A DNA stretch of 64,000 bases from an uncultured bacterium (GCA_965369655.1 CBDUQR010000002.1:1-64000), one strand, 5' to 3'. Counted from the first letter of the stretch, positions 20,088-29,592 are shown. The notes: generated from the letters alone by a model not told the origin. A program made the numbers and translations.

Positions 20088-21407
20088 CTACACTTGTTCT
20101 GTCGTCTCCAGTTCGCGTGCTGCCAGCTTCTCGAGATGATTCTTGAGATCGATGATCTTCGCGCTCTCATGATACTGGATCGTGTGAAACGACTCGACGC
20201 TTTTCATCACGCAGAGCACGTTGGTTATACTCTCGACCCCGCGCTGGATCACATTGATCGAGTGACCCAGAATCTCACCCTTGCTGTCGGATATCTCGCC
20301 TTTCTTGAGCGCGAGTTCTATTAGCTGAGAACGACCCAGAATGGTTGCACACGCGTTGTTGAAGTAATGTGAGAATGTCGCCACAACCGTGAACATGACA
20401 TCAATGGCGATCTCGTCCACCCTGTCCTTCGGCAGATCCTCCTCACGCGCTTCGAGCCTTCGGTATAGATACTCGTACTCCCTGAACAGCCTGTAAAGCT
20501 TGTAGTTGGCCTGCTGCACCAGGTCCAGCGGAGAACCGATGTCTATTTCGAGAAGTTTCGCTGTATCCATGAATTCTTTCATCGACTTTGCATCTATCTC
20601 GGCCAGCTCCGAGTGTGATAACCCAAGACTCTCCAGCAGCGCATTTCGCGTGTCGAAATCCTTCACCCCGCTGTATATCGGACCATACATAGAGAACTTG
20701 GCGACTCTCGATGCGAGTCCGACAATTCTGATCAACTCGTCGGTATCTGATGCTTCGGCGGTTTCGTACGCACGGTGATGATTCTCGACGCACTCACCGT
20801 AGAGCTTCGGGAAACTCCATTTAGACAGGAGAAACGCGCCGACCCTGGCATGGTTTGTTCCAAGTAATGACTCTTCAACCTGCAGCAGATCCTTGCCCTT
20901 CTGGATATGCTGCCAGACCTGCTCATACTCATCCGGAAATGCGGCGTCCAGAATCGGGATTCCGATATCAAGTATCAGTCCCGCAACGAAAGCCTCTTCA
21001 GGATGACTGTATTTCACAGCCTTTGCGATATGCTCCGACAAAACTGCTATTTCAAGTGAATGACGCCAGAAGTCTTTCATGTCGAGGCGTGTCTTGAGCC
21101 TGTTGCACATATCGTACACAGAGACAGAAAGCGCGATCGCCTTGACAGTGCGTGTGCCAAGAATGTTGACCGCCTCGTCCATTGATCGGACTTCCGATGA
21201 CCTGCCATAGAACGAGGAATTGGCGACTTTCAGGAGTTTTCCTGTCAGTGTAAAATCTTTGGAGACCACCTCCGCTATGCTGCCGACAGTGGCGCTTTGG
21301 TCCTCGGTGACCTGCAGCACCTGGGCAAGAACTTCAGGCAGGGTGAACAGTTTGTTCTCCCTCTCGACTTTTGAATATACCTGTGCTTCGTCCATAGTTT
21401 TTCCCAC
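20088..21407 (-). CDS. HDOD domain protein with C-terminal degenerate HisKA-like segment
   Basis: TLPEV, KLLKVANSSFYG, FWRHSLE, AFVAGLILDIG, NHARVGAFLLSKWSFP; ATFSHYFNN. Confidence 0.85.
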   Translation of the reverse strand: MGKTMDEAQVYSKVERENKLFTLPEVLAQVLQVTEDQSATVGSIAEVVSKDFTLTGKLLKVANSSFYGRSSEVRSMDEAVNILGTRTVKAIALSVSVYDMCNRLKTRLDMKDFWRHSLEIAVLSEHIAKAVKYSHPEEAFVAGLILDIGIPILDAAFPDEYEQVWQHIQKGKDLLQVEESLLGTNHARVGAFLLSKWSFPKLYGECVENHHRAYETAEASDTDELIRIVGLASRVAKFSMYGPIYSGVKDFDTRNALLESLGLSHSELAEIDAKSMKEFMDTAKLLEIDIGSPLDLVQQANYKLYRLFREYEYLYRRLEAREEDLPKDRVDEIAIDVMFTVVATFSHYFNNACATILGRSQLIELALKKGEISDSKGEILGHSINVIQRGVESITNVLCVMKSVESFHTIQYHESAKIIDLKNHLEKLAARELETTEQV

Positions 21408-21584
21408 TCAACAGATTTATCGGCAGAACTCTATACAAGTGGAGTCAAAATAGTGAAACACAAGCAGTTTGTTGGCAGTCGCTTTTTGTCGCAATCCAGA
21501 ATGAAACGTGTGATCAAGATTTGAACAGCTTCAGGGATATGTTGAGAAGCCCATTTGGGCAAGCTGTGGGGCACCCGGCTTCCT

Positions 21585-21775
21585 GTGGGCGGCAGACGTC
21601 CCGAGGTTGTCCCAAAAGTAGGTCGTGTTCTGAATCCCGCAGAGCGGGATGAGAAACGCGACACTCCTATCTTGTTGCCCAGGAGTCGGGTTTCTGGCAG
21701 GCTTCGCCTGCTGCGGAACGCCGACCTACTGAAGAATGAGGCTTTTGAGACAGCCTCTGGACATCTGCCAGCCAC
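21585..21775. repeat. Nested element: GTGG-REP arms > MITE (21603-21757) > GTAG-REP (21618-21729)
   Basis: gtgggcggcagacgtcc|gaggttgtcccaaaag|taggtcgtgttc...ggaacgccgacctac...cttttgagacagcctc|tggacatctgccagccac. Confidence 0.75.
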
Positions 21776-21800
21776 GATTGTGGGGACTGACCGTGAGGAA

Positions 21801-22931
21801 TTATTCTTCGATGATCCCTTTGGCGTCACGAATGCAGGAGAGCACGAATGGATCAGCCTCGTTTGTCAGGTCACTGTCGATGATTTCGCGACACTTCGCT
21901 GGATTGACCGAGGCCAGGGCGATAACCGCGAAACCTCTCGTATAGCCGTCCTTTGACTTGACTTCGCGTGCGAGGATTGCGGCTGCTTTCTCATACTTCG
22001 TGGCAGCCCATACTTCGAATGCCAGTGATCTCGCCATGTCGTTCAGGTTGTCGTAGCTTTCGATCAACTCCTCACCTGCCTCATCGCCAATATCGGTCAG
22101 AGCCCTGACAGCCGACATCCTGACTGAGAAATGGCCGTCATCGAGAGCGTCGATCAGAGCCGTCGAAGCATCCGCATGACCGATGCGGCCGAGCGCAACC
22201 GCCGCCGATTTTCGTACGGTCTCCACGTTGTCTGAAAGCAACCGGATGCAATCTGAAACGGCTGAAGAGTCATGGCACTTTCCGACAGCCGTTACGGCAG
22301 TCGAGCGCAACGGATGATAATCGACGTCGAAAAGCGTGAGCAGCGCAGGTGTAGCTTTTTTGTCTCCGATTTCACCGAGGCACCGCGACGCGTTCTTGAG
22401 CGTATGGATGTCGTCGTCATCGAGAGCCTCGATCAGCGCAGGAACCGCGGGCGAGCCGATCCTGCCAAATATGTTCGCTATGGCGTGCCGTTCTCGTGCA
22501 TCCTCGGTGGAGAGCTTCGTCACGAGGCGAGGCACAGCCTCCATGCCCATATCGGCCAATGCCTGCCGAGATGGTTCGACCATATGCTGGTTGGCGATCT
22601 CTGCCGAAGACGCCCTGAGAAACAGCGAATCAACAATGCGGTCAGTCTCACTCAGCTCTGCACTCGCAGCTCCTGCCATCAGAGCAAAACATAATACCAC
22701 TGCGATAATCCTAATGAGGCTGCCACAATAGATTGTTTCGACAGGTCTTGGCGACGACGAAGTCGTCGGTGTGACCTGTCGATATTCTGCAAGCTGTTGC
22801 TTGTCATCGTCTCCATTTTCCGGCAGTTCATCGGTCGCTGATCCCGATCCTGAGGGACACGCCCACCTTCGGCGGTCGCAAGAACTGCCGGAACGGATAA
22901 TAGACACTACTGCTGCGATAATCCTGATCAT
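21801..22931 (-). CDS. Exported HEAT-repeat (PBS-lyase-like) protein with a probable in-frame insertion at the N-terminus
   Basis: AVPALIEALDD, VRKSAAVALGRIG, VRMSAVRAL; ATGA overlap with the upstream gene. Confidence 0.8.
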   Translation of the reverse strand: MIRIIAAVVSIIRSGSSCDRRRWACPSGSGSATDELPENGDDDKQQLAEYRQVTPTTSSSPRPVETIYCGSLIRIIAVVLCFALMAGAASAELSETDRIVDSLFLRASSAEIANQHMVEPSRQALADMGMEAVPRLVTKLSTEDARERHAIANIFGRIGSPAVPALIEALDDDDIHTLKNASRCLGEIGDKKATPALLTLFDVDYHPLRSTAVTAVGKCHDSSAVSDCIRLLSDNVETVRKSAAVALGRIGHADASTALIDALDDGHFSVRMSAVRALTDIGDEAGEELIESYDNLNDMARSLAFEVWAATKYEKAAAILAREVKSKDGYTRGFAVIALASVNPAKCREIIDSDLTNEADPFVLSCIRDAKGIIEE

Positions 22932-24988
22932 TTGTCTAACCTGACTGAATCAGCCTCCCAGAAATCGACGTCCATCCCGATGCCCCACTTCGAGTCAATG
23001 ATCCAATAGTCATTGTTCGAGCCATTGCCGATGTATTCGTCCTTACCCATCAGATCCATGAACAACCCGATCGAGCCATAATCCCTGCGTGGATTGCCGT
23101 AGCCCTGGGTATTGTGGCGACTCTTGATCTGATACGAGTCATCGCCGCGATAATCGACGAGCCAGCCGAAACCGTTGGCGGAACCAGCACCCTGAGAGAG
23201 ATCGTGCGCCTGGTATGTGTCATTGCCGAGGTAGTCGATTAAGATTCCCGCCGACAGGTCGTGGCCGCAACCCTGTGACACACCCTTCGAGAAGTAGTAA
23301 TCATCGCCGCTCCTGTCGAGCAGGATTCCGAGCGTAAGATGCGTCCCCACACCCTGCGCATATTGGAATGACAGGTACTTGTCGTTGCCCGCGAGATCGA
23401 CTAACATTCCGAGGGCGTACCAGTATGACGATCCCTGTCCGAATATATCCGAGATGTATGTGTCGTGCCCGGATGAATCGACAAGCAGTGCGATGCCGCC
23501 CGACATCCATGGCCTGAGACCGTACGCGAACCCCTGCGACAGCGACAGATAGTGATCGTCATAGCGCAGAAAGTCCTTGTATTTCCCGCCTGCGAAATAG
23601 ATGTCGTTACCATTGACATCACACAGGAATCCAAGTCCCTTGATTCCGCCAAATGCCTGACCGAAAAGCGCGCAATTGTAACTATCCGTTCCACCCTTGT
23701 CTATCAGCAATCCCAGTCCGAATGTGCCTGCTCCCTGTGTGTGGGTGTCTCCACGATAGATGTCATTGCCGGAGCTGTCGACAAGCATGCCGAAGGAGAA
23801 CAGACCGGAGCCGAGCGAGAAATTCTTGCCGTTGTAGATGTCGTCGCCTTCGAGGTCGTACAGGAGCGCAGGATAGAAGAACCCCGATGCGATCGCGAAA
23901 TCAGTCAGAGCGTTGTATTGATCGTTCCCGGAGACATCATAGATGATCTGTAGACCATCGACCGCTTCGAGATTATAGACGTCGTCACCGCCGATATCGA
24001 CAATGAATGCGTACTTGCCGTAATAGGTGTTCCTTCCAGCGCCGCCGATTGCCAACTTGCCCATCGGGCTTGTGATTTCATAGAGAAAATCGGCATCGGC
24101 GCAGTCGCAACCATGGAGCAGGTGATCCAGCAGCGGGTAGACAGATTGCCTCAGTCCCCGCTCGGTGCTCCGGAACAGCCATCGCGAATAACTCCACCGT
24201 ACGAATAGCGAGTCTTTGAATCTATCAGACACGATCGTGACACTGTCGGGCTCAGTCAGTTTCTCGGCAATTTCAACGAAGCGTTTTGAGAGATTATCTT
24301 TATACTTCTGGATACTGTCGAGTTCGTCAACCGGTTTGAATTCATCCTCGATGTCTTCGAGGATCAGCGCAGGAAACGTATCACGCAGGAAAGCTAATTC
24401 CTCCGGCAACAAGTGCCCGAACAGCCAATCGCATTCCTGTTTCTGATCCTGCATCGACTTGCGCAAAAGGGCTAATCTGAATTCAATCGATCTGTTGGGA
24501 TCAAGGCCGGAACCTGTTTTCGAGCATTCTGTGAAACAGGGGATATTCGATGGTTCAGCTTCCGCCGGCACTTTCAGGCCCTCTGGTCGAATCCAGGGGA
24601 TCGCCCCATCTATGGACGTGAGTGGATTCTGCGTTATGAATTTCTCTGTCTCGAAATTCAGCAGGTAATCGTGCAGCTTAATGAGTCGAGGATGCCCTGG
24701 TGAAAGCGCTCCCAACAGCGTATCCGTCAGATCGTCAGCGAAGACAATCATCGATAGCGGATCGCGCAGCAACGCATCGACTATCGGCAGCCTGAAGGAA
24801 TCGATATCTGTATAGTCGGTCCTGAATGAGAGGTCGGATGGCGTCAATTTGATGCCACGAAGCGCCTGAGCAAGGGCGCTGTCCGGAATGATTTGAAGCT
24901 CTGACAAGTCAATACTATCACTCTGCGCCATCACAGCCGCTGGCAACAACAGCAGAAACAGAATGATAGTTGCAGGATTTCTGTTCAC
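22928..24988 (-). CDS. Secreted protein with tandem 'GxGxLxDxxGxDxY' repeats (putative Ca-binding beta-solenoid)
   Basis: Signal peptide from GTG 24988 (ORF open to 25054); about 10 GNDxY/GDDxY repeats. Confidence 0.7.
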   Translation of the reverse strand: MNRNPATIILFLLLLPAAVMAQSDSIDLSELQIIPDSALAQALRGIKLTPSDLSFRTDYTDIDSFRLPIVDALLRDPLSMIVFADDLTDTLLGALSPGHPRLIKLHDYLLNFETEKFITQNPLTSIDGAIPWIRPEGLKVPAEAEPSNIPCFTECSKTGSGLDPNRSIEFRLALLRKSMQDQKQECDWLFGHLLPEELAFLRDTFPALILEDIEDEFKPVDELDSIQKYKDNLSKRFVEIAEKLTEPDSVTIVSDRFKDSLFVRWSYSRWLFRSTERGLRQSVYPLLDHLLHGCDCADADFLYEITSPMGKLAIGGAGRNTYYGKYAFIVDIGGDDVYNLEAVDGLQIIYDVSGNDQYNALTDFAIASGFFYPALLYDLEGDDIYNGKNFSLGSGLFSFGMLVDSSGNDIYRGDTHTQGAGTFGLGLLIDKGGTDSYNCALFGQAFGGIKGLGFLCDVNGNDIYFAGGKYKDFLRYDDHYLSLSQGFAYGLRPWMSGGIALLVDSSGHDTYISDIFGQGSSYWYALGMLVDLAGNDKYLSFQYAQGVGTHLTLGILLDRSGDDYYFSKGVSQGCGHDLSAGILIDYLGNDTYQAHDLSQGAGSANGFGWLVDYRGDDSYQIKSRHNTQGYGNPRRDYGSIGLFMDLMGKDEYIGNGSNNDYWIIDSKWGIGMDVDFWEADSVRLDK

Positions 24989-25116
24989 GAGGGGATAATT
25001 AACGACGACGTGCTCGCTTGTCAATCTGTTTGATTGCCGACGCTCTGCACGCACCAGACGTCACCATAGTGCAAGGTCCTGTTGAAGAATCCTATGTCGG
25101 GCACGAGTCGGTGATA

Positions 25117-25204
25117 TCATCACGAGGAATGACAGCGACGTGGTGATCTCGGCTCTTGTAATACGCTGCCCGACATGAGATTGCCACGCTCCGCTCGCAA
25201 TGAC
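25117..25204. repeat. GTC/CGTC-type REP doublet; related copy at 39342-39375
   Basis: tcatcacgaggaatgacagcgacgtggtgatctc ... gagattgccacgctccgctcgcaatgac. Confidence 0.65.
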
Positions 25205-25230
25205 CGAGGCCACCCAGTGCTGTTCTCCGC

Positions 25231-25617
25231 TCAGTTTGTCACATCATTCGATACGCAAACCATCACACCGGTGCCGTCAATTGTCCAGGTGTCCGGCGTC
25301 GGATCATCATCGATTCCAGGATCCGCCGCATTTGCCGTAGCAATGAAATTCGTGCCCTGAATCTGAATCGTGTACGTGTACCACGTCTGTCCTATGATCT
25401 CAATACCGAGAGCAGCGATATCAGCCGTATAGACATCATATTCCTGGTAGTATGTGCGCTCCAGGGTATATATCTGTTTCAGAATGCCCTGGGCTTCCGA
25501 TTGCTTTGATCTGGCGGTGGTGTTCATAAATCTCGGAATTGCAAGTGCCGCGAGAACACCGATTATTATGACAACTATGAACAGTTCGATCAATGTGAAT
25601 CCCTTTGAATTCCTCAT
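25231..25617 (-). CDS. Type IVa pilin (pilin 3)
   Basis: MRNSKG|FTLIELFIVVIIIGVLAALAIP; SD aggagg; paralogue of pilins 1 and 2. Confidence 0.9.
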   Translation of the reverse strand: MRNSKGFTLIELFIVVIIIGVLAALAIPRFMNTTARSKQSEAQGILKQIYTLERTYYQEYDVYTADIAALGIEIIGQTWYTYTIQIQGTNFIATANAADPGIDDDPTPDTWTIDGTGVMVCVSNDVTN

Positions 25618-25659
25618 AGGGCAGGCCTCCTGAATGATACTTATTTGAGGAGACCTTAG

Positions 25660-25675
25660 CGCAATCGTTGTGCCG
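25660..25675 (-). promoter_or_regulatory. Sigma54 -24/-12 promoter of pilin 3
   Basis: Minus strand cGGCACaacgaTTGCg. Confidence 0.75.
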
Positions 25676-25805
25676 AGTGCTGCGCGGAACGACAACTTCA
25701 GATGCTTCAACGGCTTTGAGCGTGGATGGCTCGCTTATGAGTTGCTGCAAATGACTCTCAGGCGGACAATCTATGCAGGGGCTTGCATCCTGACCAGCAA
25801 GCACA

Positions 25806-25943
25806 GTCCAGTTGAGTAGGGATGAACCCGCGAAGTCCTGAGCCCTGCGAAGGGTAGCGAATTGGAGTGGTTCAACTATTCAAAAAGGATGGCAGAACCG
25901 CTAAAGGCGGAGTCCTGAGCATTGCGAAGGGGTTCTGCCCTAC
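25806..25943 (+). repeat. 138-bp GTAG-type REP-like element, direct copy of 11179-11316
   Basis: gtagggatgaaccc ... ggggttctgccctac terminal IR; internal identity with 11179-11316. Confidence 0.85.
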
Positions 25944-25976
25944 AACTCTTACCTTACGGGTTTGCGGAACGCCGAT

Positions 25977-27449
25977 CTACTTCTCTCCAAACACAAATGC
26001 GGTGAATTTCTGAATCTTTGCGCCCTGGCTCCAGGCGTCATCGGGGAGTCCGGCTTTGCGGCATGTGTTGGCCAGGAATGTCTTGCGGTCCCAGCCGTAA
26101 TCAGTAGCGACCTGCGGCAGCAACAATCCCCGACGTCCCATGTGAGAAATCATCAATCCATCGCGCCCGACCTTGATGTCGTCGACACTGGAGACATCCA
26201 CGAGCGGCGTAAGTACCGATATCTCAACATCTATATTCTCATATTCTTCTTTCGTCAGTGGCCTGAATCTTGGATCGCGAAAAGCCGCGCTGATAGCGCA
26301 TTCCGAAACGCAATGCTTCAGAGATATGACCGCCTCGGTGTAGCCGATGCAGCCGCGAAGCTGCCCGCGTATCGTCAATGTCACAAACGCCGCGCCATTG
26401 TCCGAGAGTTTGCCATCAGGTACATCGAATTCCGGTGCCGGTTTGTTATCGAGAGCGGCTTCGATTGATTTGCGCGCGATTTCTATGAGGCGAAGTTGCT
26501 CTTCTTTATCGAGATACTCCTCGGTTTCGATTCTCGTGTCCTTCTTGTCCACCTTGTCCTCCTCGTATAACACGGCCGAGACATATCCGACCACGCCTTT
26601 GAGATCACCCGACGCCGTGCCGGAATCATCGTACTTCAGAATCCTGACGCCTGACACACTCATCTGACGGCATGCCATAAGAACCGCCGCGGTTGGTCCT
26701 CCGCCACACATCTTAGCCTCGTCGGTCTGGATTTTGGAAGCCATTGTCGTGCCGTCGATTTCTCGGATCAGGGATATGGAGTACGCATCGAGTTTCTCGG
26801 CTGCGGCCCGCGGAAAGAAGTGTGACAAATCTGTCGATGCCACCATGAGCACATCATCGCGACCGCGCAGCGTTTTCACGAGAGCGTCGGCCAGCATCTC
26901 GATTGTGGCCACAGTCTGACGACCCATCTCCACCGGCACGATCTTGAAATTGCTCAGGACTGTCTGCAGGAATGGCACCTGGACTTCGATGGAATGCTCC
27001 GTGCTGTGCTCGCGAAGGCCGGGATAGATTCCGTCGCTTTTAGAGCATAGCTTATCGGCGAGTAGAGTATCGATCGGGACATCACCGAGCGGCGTCCGCC
27101 AGCTTCCACGGTTGTAGACAGCGCACCCCTCGAATGCGATACGGTGCGATGGCCCGATTATGACAACAGTCTTGTACTTCAGACCTTCGAGCAGCTTGTA
27201 GCCATGAGCGGCGGTATTGCCGGAATACACATATCCGGCGTGCGGGGAGACCAGCGCGACAGGTCGCCCGACAGATGTGTCCGTTGACGCTTTTTGCAGC
27301 ATATCCCTGAGCATGGCGCCGAGTTCGGCTGGATCGTCCGGGTAGAATGCTCCTGCGACTGCTGGCGGCCTGATGTTATCAGCAGCGGTTGAGTTACAGC
27401 CCGGCATCAGCAAGATTAGCATAATAGTGGAAAACGATAGAAATTTCAT
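25977..27449 (-). CDS. amrB/amrA: AmmeMemoRadiSam protein B (MEMO1-like) fused to protein A (AMMECR1-like), with lipoprotein-like signal
   Basis: IRPPAVAGAFYP, PHAGYVYSG, EHSIEVQVPFLQ, STDLSHF; AFVTL..LRGCIG, DPRF, LLPQVA, CRKAGL; N-terminus MKFLSFSTIMLILLMPGC. Confidence 0.9.
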   Translation of the reverse strand: MKFLSFSTIMLILLMPGCNSTAADNIRPPAVAGAFYPDDPAELGAMLRDMLQKASTDTSVGRPVALVSPHAGYVYSGNTAAHGYKLLEGLKYKTVVIIGPSHRIAFEGCAVYNRGSWRTPLGDVPIDTLLADKLCSKSDGIYPGLREHSTEHSIEVQVPFLQTVLSNFKIVPVEMGRQTVATIEMLADALVKTLRGRDDVLMVASTDLSHFFPRAAAEKLDAYSISLIREIDGTTMASKIQTDEAKMCGGGPTAAVLMACRQMSVSGVRILKYDDSGTASGDLKGVVGYVSAVLYEEDKVDKKDTRIETEEYLDKEEQLRLIEIARKSIEAALDNKPAPEFDVPDGKLSDNGAAFVTLTIRGQLRGCIGYTEAVISLKHCVSECAISAAFRDPRFRPLTKEEYENIDVEISVLTPLVDVSSVDDIKVGRDGLMISHMGRRGLLLPQVATDYGWDRKTFLANTCRKAGLPDDAWSQGAKIQKFTAFVFGEK

Positions 27450-27507
27450 TTGTCTCAGTCCATCGCGACGTATAATATCTAAGTAGCATTACTGTCGATG
27501 GAATATT

Positions 27508-28410
27508 ATGGATTCGAAATCGAAAAGCAAGGTTGTTCTGATCAGATCGAAGTCGCTGCAAGGCGTCGGTGACGGGCAGTTCGATACGCTTAAAGGGATG
27601 CTCTCGCGCGGTATCTCGCTGCTGCACGGTGTTGATGCGAACGAGGCATGGATGTCGCTTGCGAAGAATACGGGTCGGATTGGGTTGAAGCCGAACTGTG
27701 TAGCTGGCAGGAACATGTCGACTTCGCCTTTCCTGACATACGCGCTGTGTGATCTGCTGATCGCCGCAGGGAAACGCGACCGCGATCTCGTCATCTGGGA
27801 GCGTACGAACAGGGAGCTAGAAAAGGCCGGCTTTGGTCTCAACGCATCGCTATCGGGAATTAGATGCTATGGCACAGATACGCGTGGTGTCGGCTATGGT
27901 ACGGTCTTTCATGCCAGCGGCAAAGTGGCAAGTTTGGTCAGTCGAATCGTTGAAAGCGAGTGCGACCATCTGATAAACATCCCGATACTAAAAGACCATT
28001 CGCTCGCAGGTGTCTGCGGCGCGATGAAGAACTACTACGGCGCGATTCACAATCCGAACAAATACCATGACAACAACTGTGATCCATACGTCGCCGAGGT
28101 CAACGCGCTGCCGGTGATCAGAGAGAAGAACATCCTTGTCGTGATGGATATGACACGAGTACAATACAATGGCGGCCCCGGCTACAGGGCGTCGTATGCC
28201 GTTGCGCCGCGCAGTATTATGATGTCAACCGATCCGGTTGCTATCGATGCGACTGGCGAGAGAATCCTGAACGAGTTTCGCGCTACGCATGATCTCAAGA
28301 GTCTCGATGAGACTGGGCGACCGCCGAAATGGCTGGTCACTGCGGAGAAAATCGGACTCGGCAATGCGTCGCCGGAGAATATAGATTTCATTGAGGTGGA
28401 GGTGGCATGA
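27508..28410 (+). CDS. DUF362 domain protein
   Basis: IGLKPN, LINIPILKDH, GAMKNYYG, STDPVAIDA. Confidence 0.85.
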   Translation: MDSKSKSKVVLIRSKSLQGVGDGQFDTLKGMLSRGISLLHGVDANEAWMSLAKNTGRIGLKPNCVAGRNMSTSPFLTYALCDLLIAAGKRDRDLVIWERTNRELEKAGFGLNASLSGIRCYGTDTRGVGYGTVFHASGKVASLVSRIVESECDHLINIPILKDHSLAGVCGAMKNYYGAIHNPNKYHDNNCDPYVAEVNALPVIREKNILVVMDMTRVQYNGGPGYRASYAVAPRSIMMSTDPVAIDATGERILNEFRATHDLKSLDETGRPPKWLVTAEKIGLGNASPENIDFIEVEVA

Positions 28411-29546
28411 ACCGCAGGTCATTCATACGAAAAGTCGGCGCGACAACAGGCATGATCTGCGTCGGCGGGACAGCATACGAGATGATCTGCGGATCACTCG
28501 AAAATGCATACGCGTTCGGCTATGTCGAGACGCTTTCGGATGTTGAAGCAAGACACTATGAGAAACTCGCTGAGGATGTCGTGCGGTGCGAACTCTGTCC
28601 GAGGGAGTGCGTTGTTTCGGATGTCGAAAGAGGTTTCTGCGGAGTGCGCGAGAATCAGAAGGGCGTTTACAAGACGCTCGTGTATAACAGGGTCTGTGCG
28701 CTGAATATCGATCCGATCGAAAAGAAACCGCTGTTTCATTTCCTTCCCGGTACCTCGGCGTTCTCGATTGCCACCGCGGGCTGCAATGTCAACTGCAAGT
28801 TCTGCCAGAACTGGAACATCTCGCAGGTCAGGCCGGAACAAGTCCGAAATCTGGAGTTGACGCCGGACGAAATCGCAGTTGAGTGTGTTGCGAAGTCCAT
28901 TCCGACAGTCGCGTACACATACTCCGAACCTGTGATCTTCTACGAGTACATGTATGACACGGCTGTCAGGACAAGCAAAGATGGGATCAGGAATGTTGTC
29001 ATCACAGGCGGCTACATCAAGGAAAAGCCGTTGCGTGAACTGCTCGAAGTTGTCGATGCGATCAAGGTCGATCTGAAATCGTTTTCCGAGCAGTACTACA
29101 AAGACATCGTCAACGGAGAATTGCAGCCGGTACTCGATGCGATCAGGATCATACACGAAAGCGATAAGTGGCTCGAAATCGTATACCTGGTTGTCCCGAC
29201 ACTTAATGATTCGGATGACGAATTCCGCGCTCTCTGCAAATGGGTCATGTCGGAGTTGTCTGCCGATGTGCCCGTTCACTTTACTCGGTTCCACCCGACA
29301 TATCTGATGACGAACCTGCCGCCAACGCCAACATCCACGCTTGAGCGCGCGTATGAGATTGCTCGCGCCGAGGGATTGAAATATCCATACATCGGAAATG
29401 TCCCAGGCCACACGGGGGAGCATACATACTGCCCCAATTGCGGCGAAACAGTTATTGAACGATTCGGATACAAGATAGTGAAGAATAGCCTGTCGGAAGG
29501 CAAATGCGGCTCCTGTGGCCAGCCGATCCCCGGTATTTGGAAGTAG
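28407..29546 (+). CDS. amrS: AmmeMemoRadiSam radical SAM enzyme with Tat-like signal
   Basis: CELCPREC, GFCGVR, IDPIEKKPLFHFLPG, GCNVNCKFCQNWNISQ, AYTYSEP, YIGNV, TYCPNC; N-terminus MNRRSFIRK...AYA. Confidence 0.92.
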   Translation: MNRRSFIRKVGATTGMICVGGTAYEMICGSLENAYAFGYVETLSDVEARHYEKLAEDVVRCELCPRECVVSDVERGFCGVRENQKGVYKTLVYNRVCALNIDPIEKKPLFHFLPGTSAFSIATAGCNVNCKFCQNWNISQVRPEQVRNLELTPDEIAVECVAKSIPTVAYTYSEPVIFYEYMYDTAVRTSKDGIRNVVITGGYIKEKPLRELLEVVDAIKVDLKSFSEQYYKDIVNGELQPVLDAIRIIHESDKWLEIVYLVVPTLNDSDDEFRALCKWVMSELSADVPVHFTRFHPTYLMTNLPPTPTSTLERAYEIARAEGLKYPYIGNVPGHTGEHTYCPNCGETVIERFGYKIVKNSLSEGKCGSCGQPIPGIWK

Positions 29547-29592
29547 CATCTCAAAGGTTGTCATCCGGTCTGAATATCCATAACTTAGTTAC

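Noticed and set aside
21431-21956. ORFs spanning the HDOD-HEAT intergenic region
   Set aside because: Open frames arise from GC-rich palindromic repeats
28494-29564. 356-aa antisense ORF
   Set aside because: Shadow of amrS, which has full family motifs; no recognisable motif of its own
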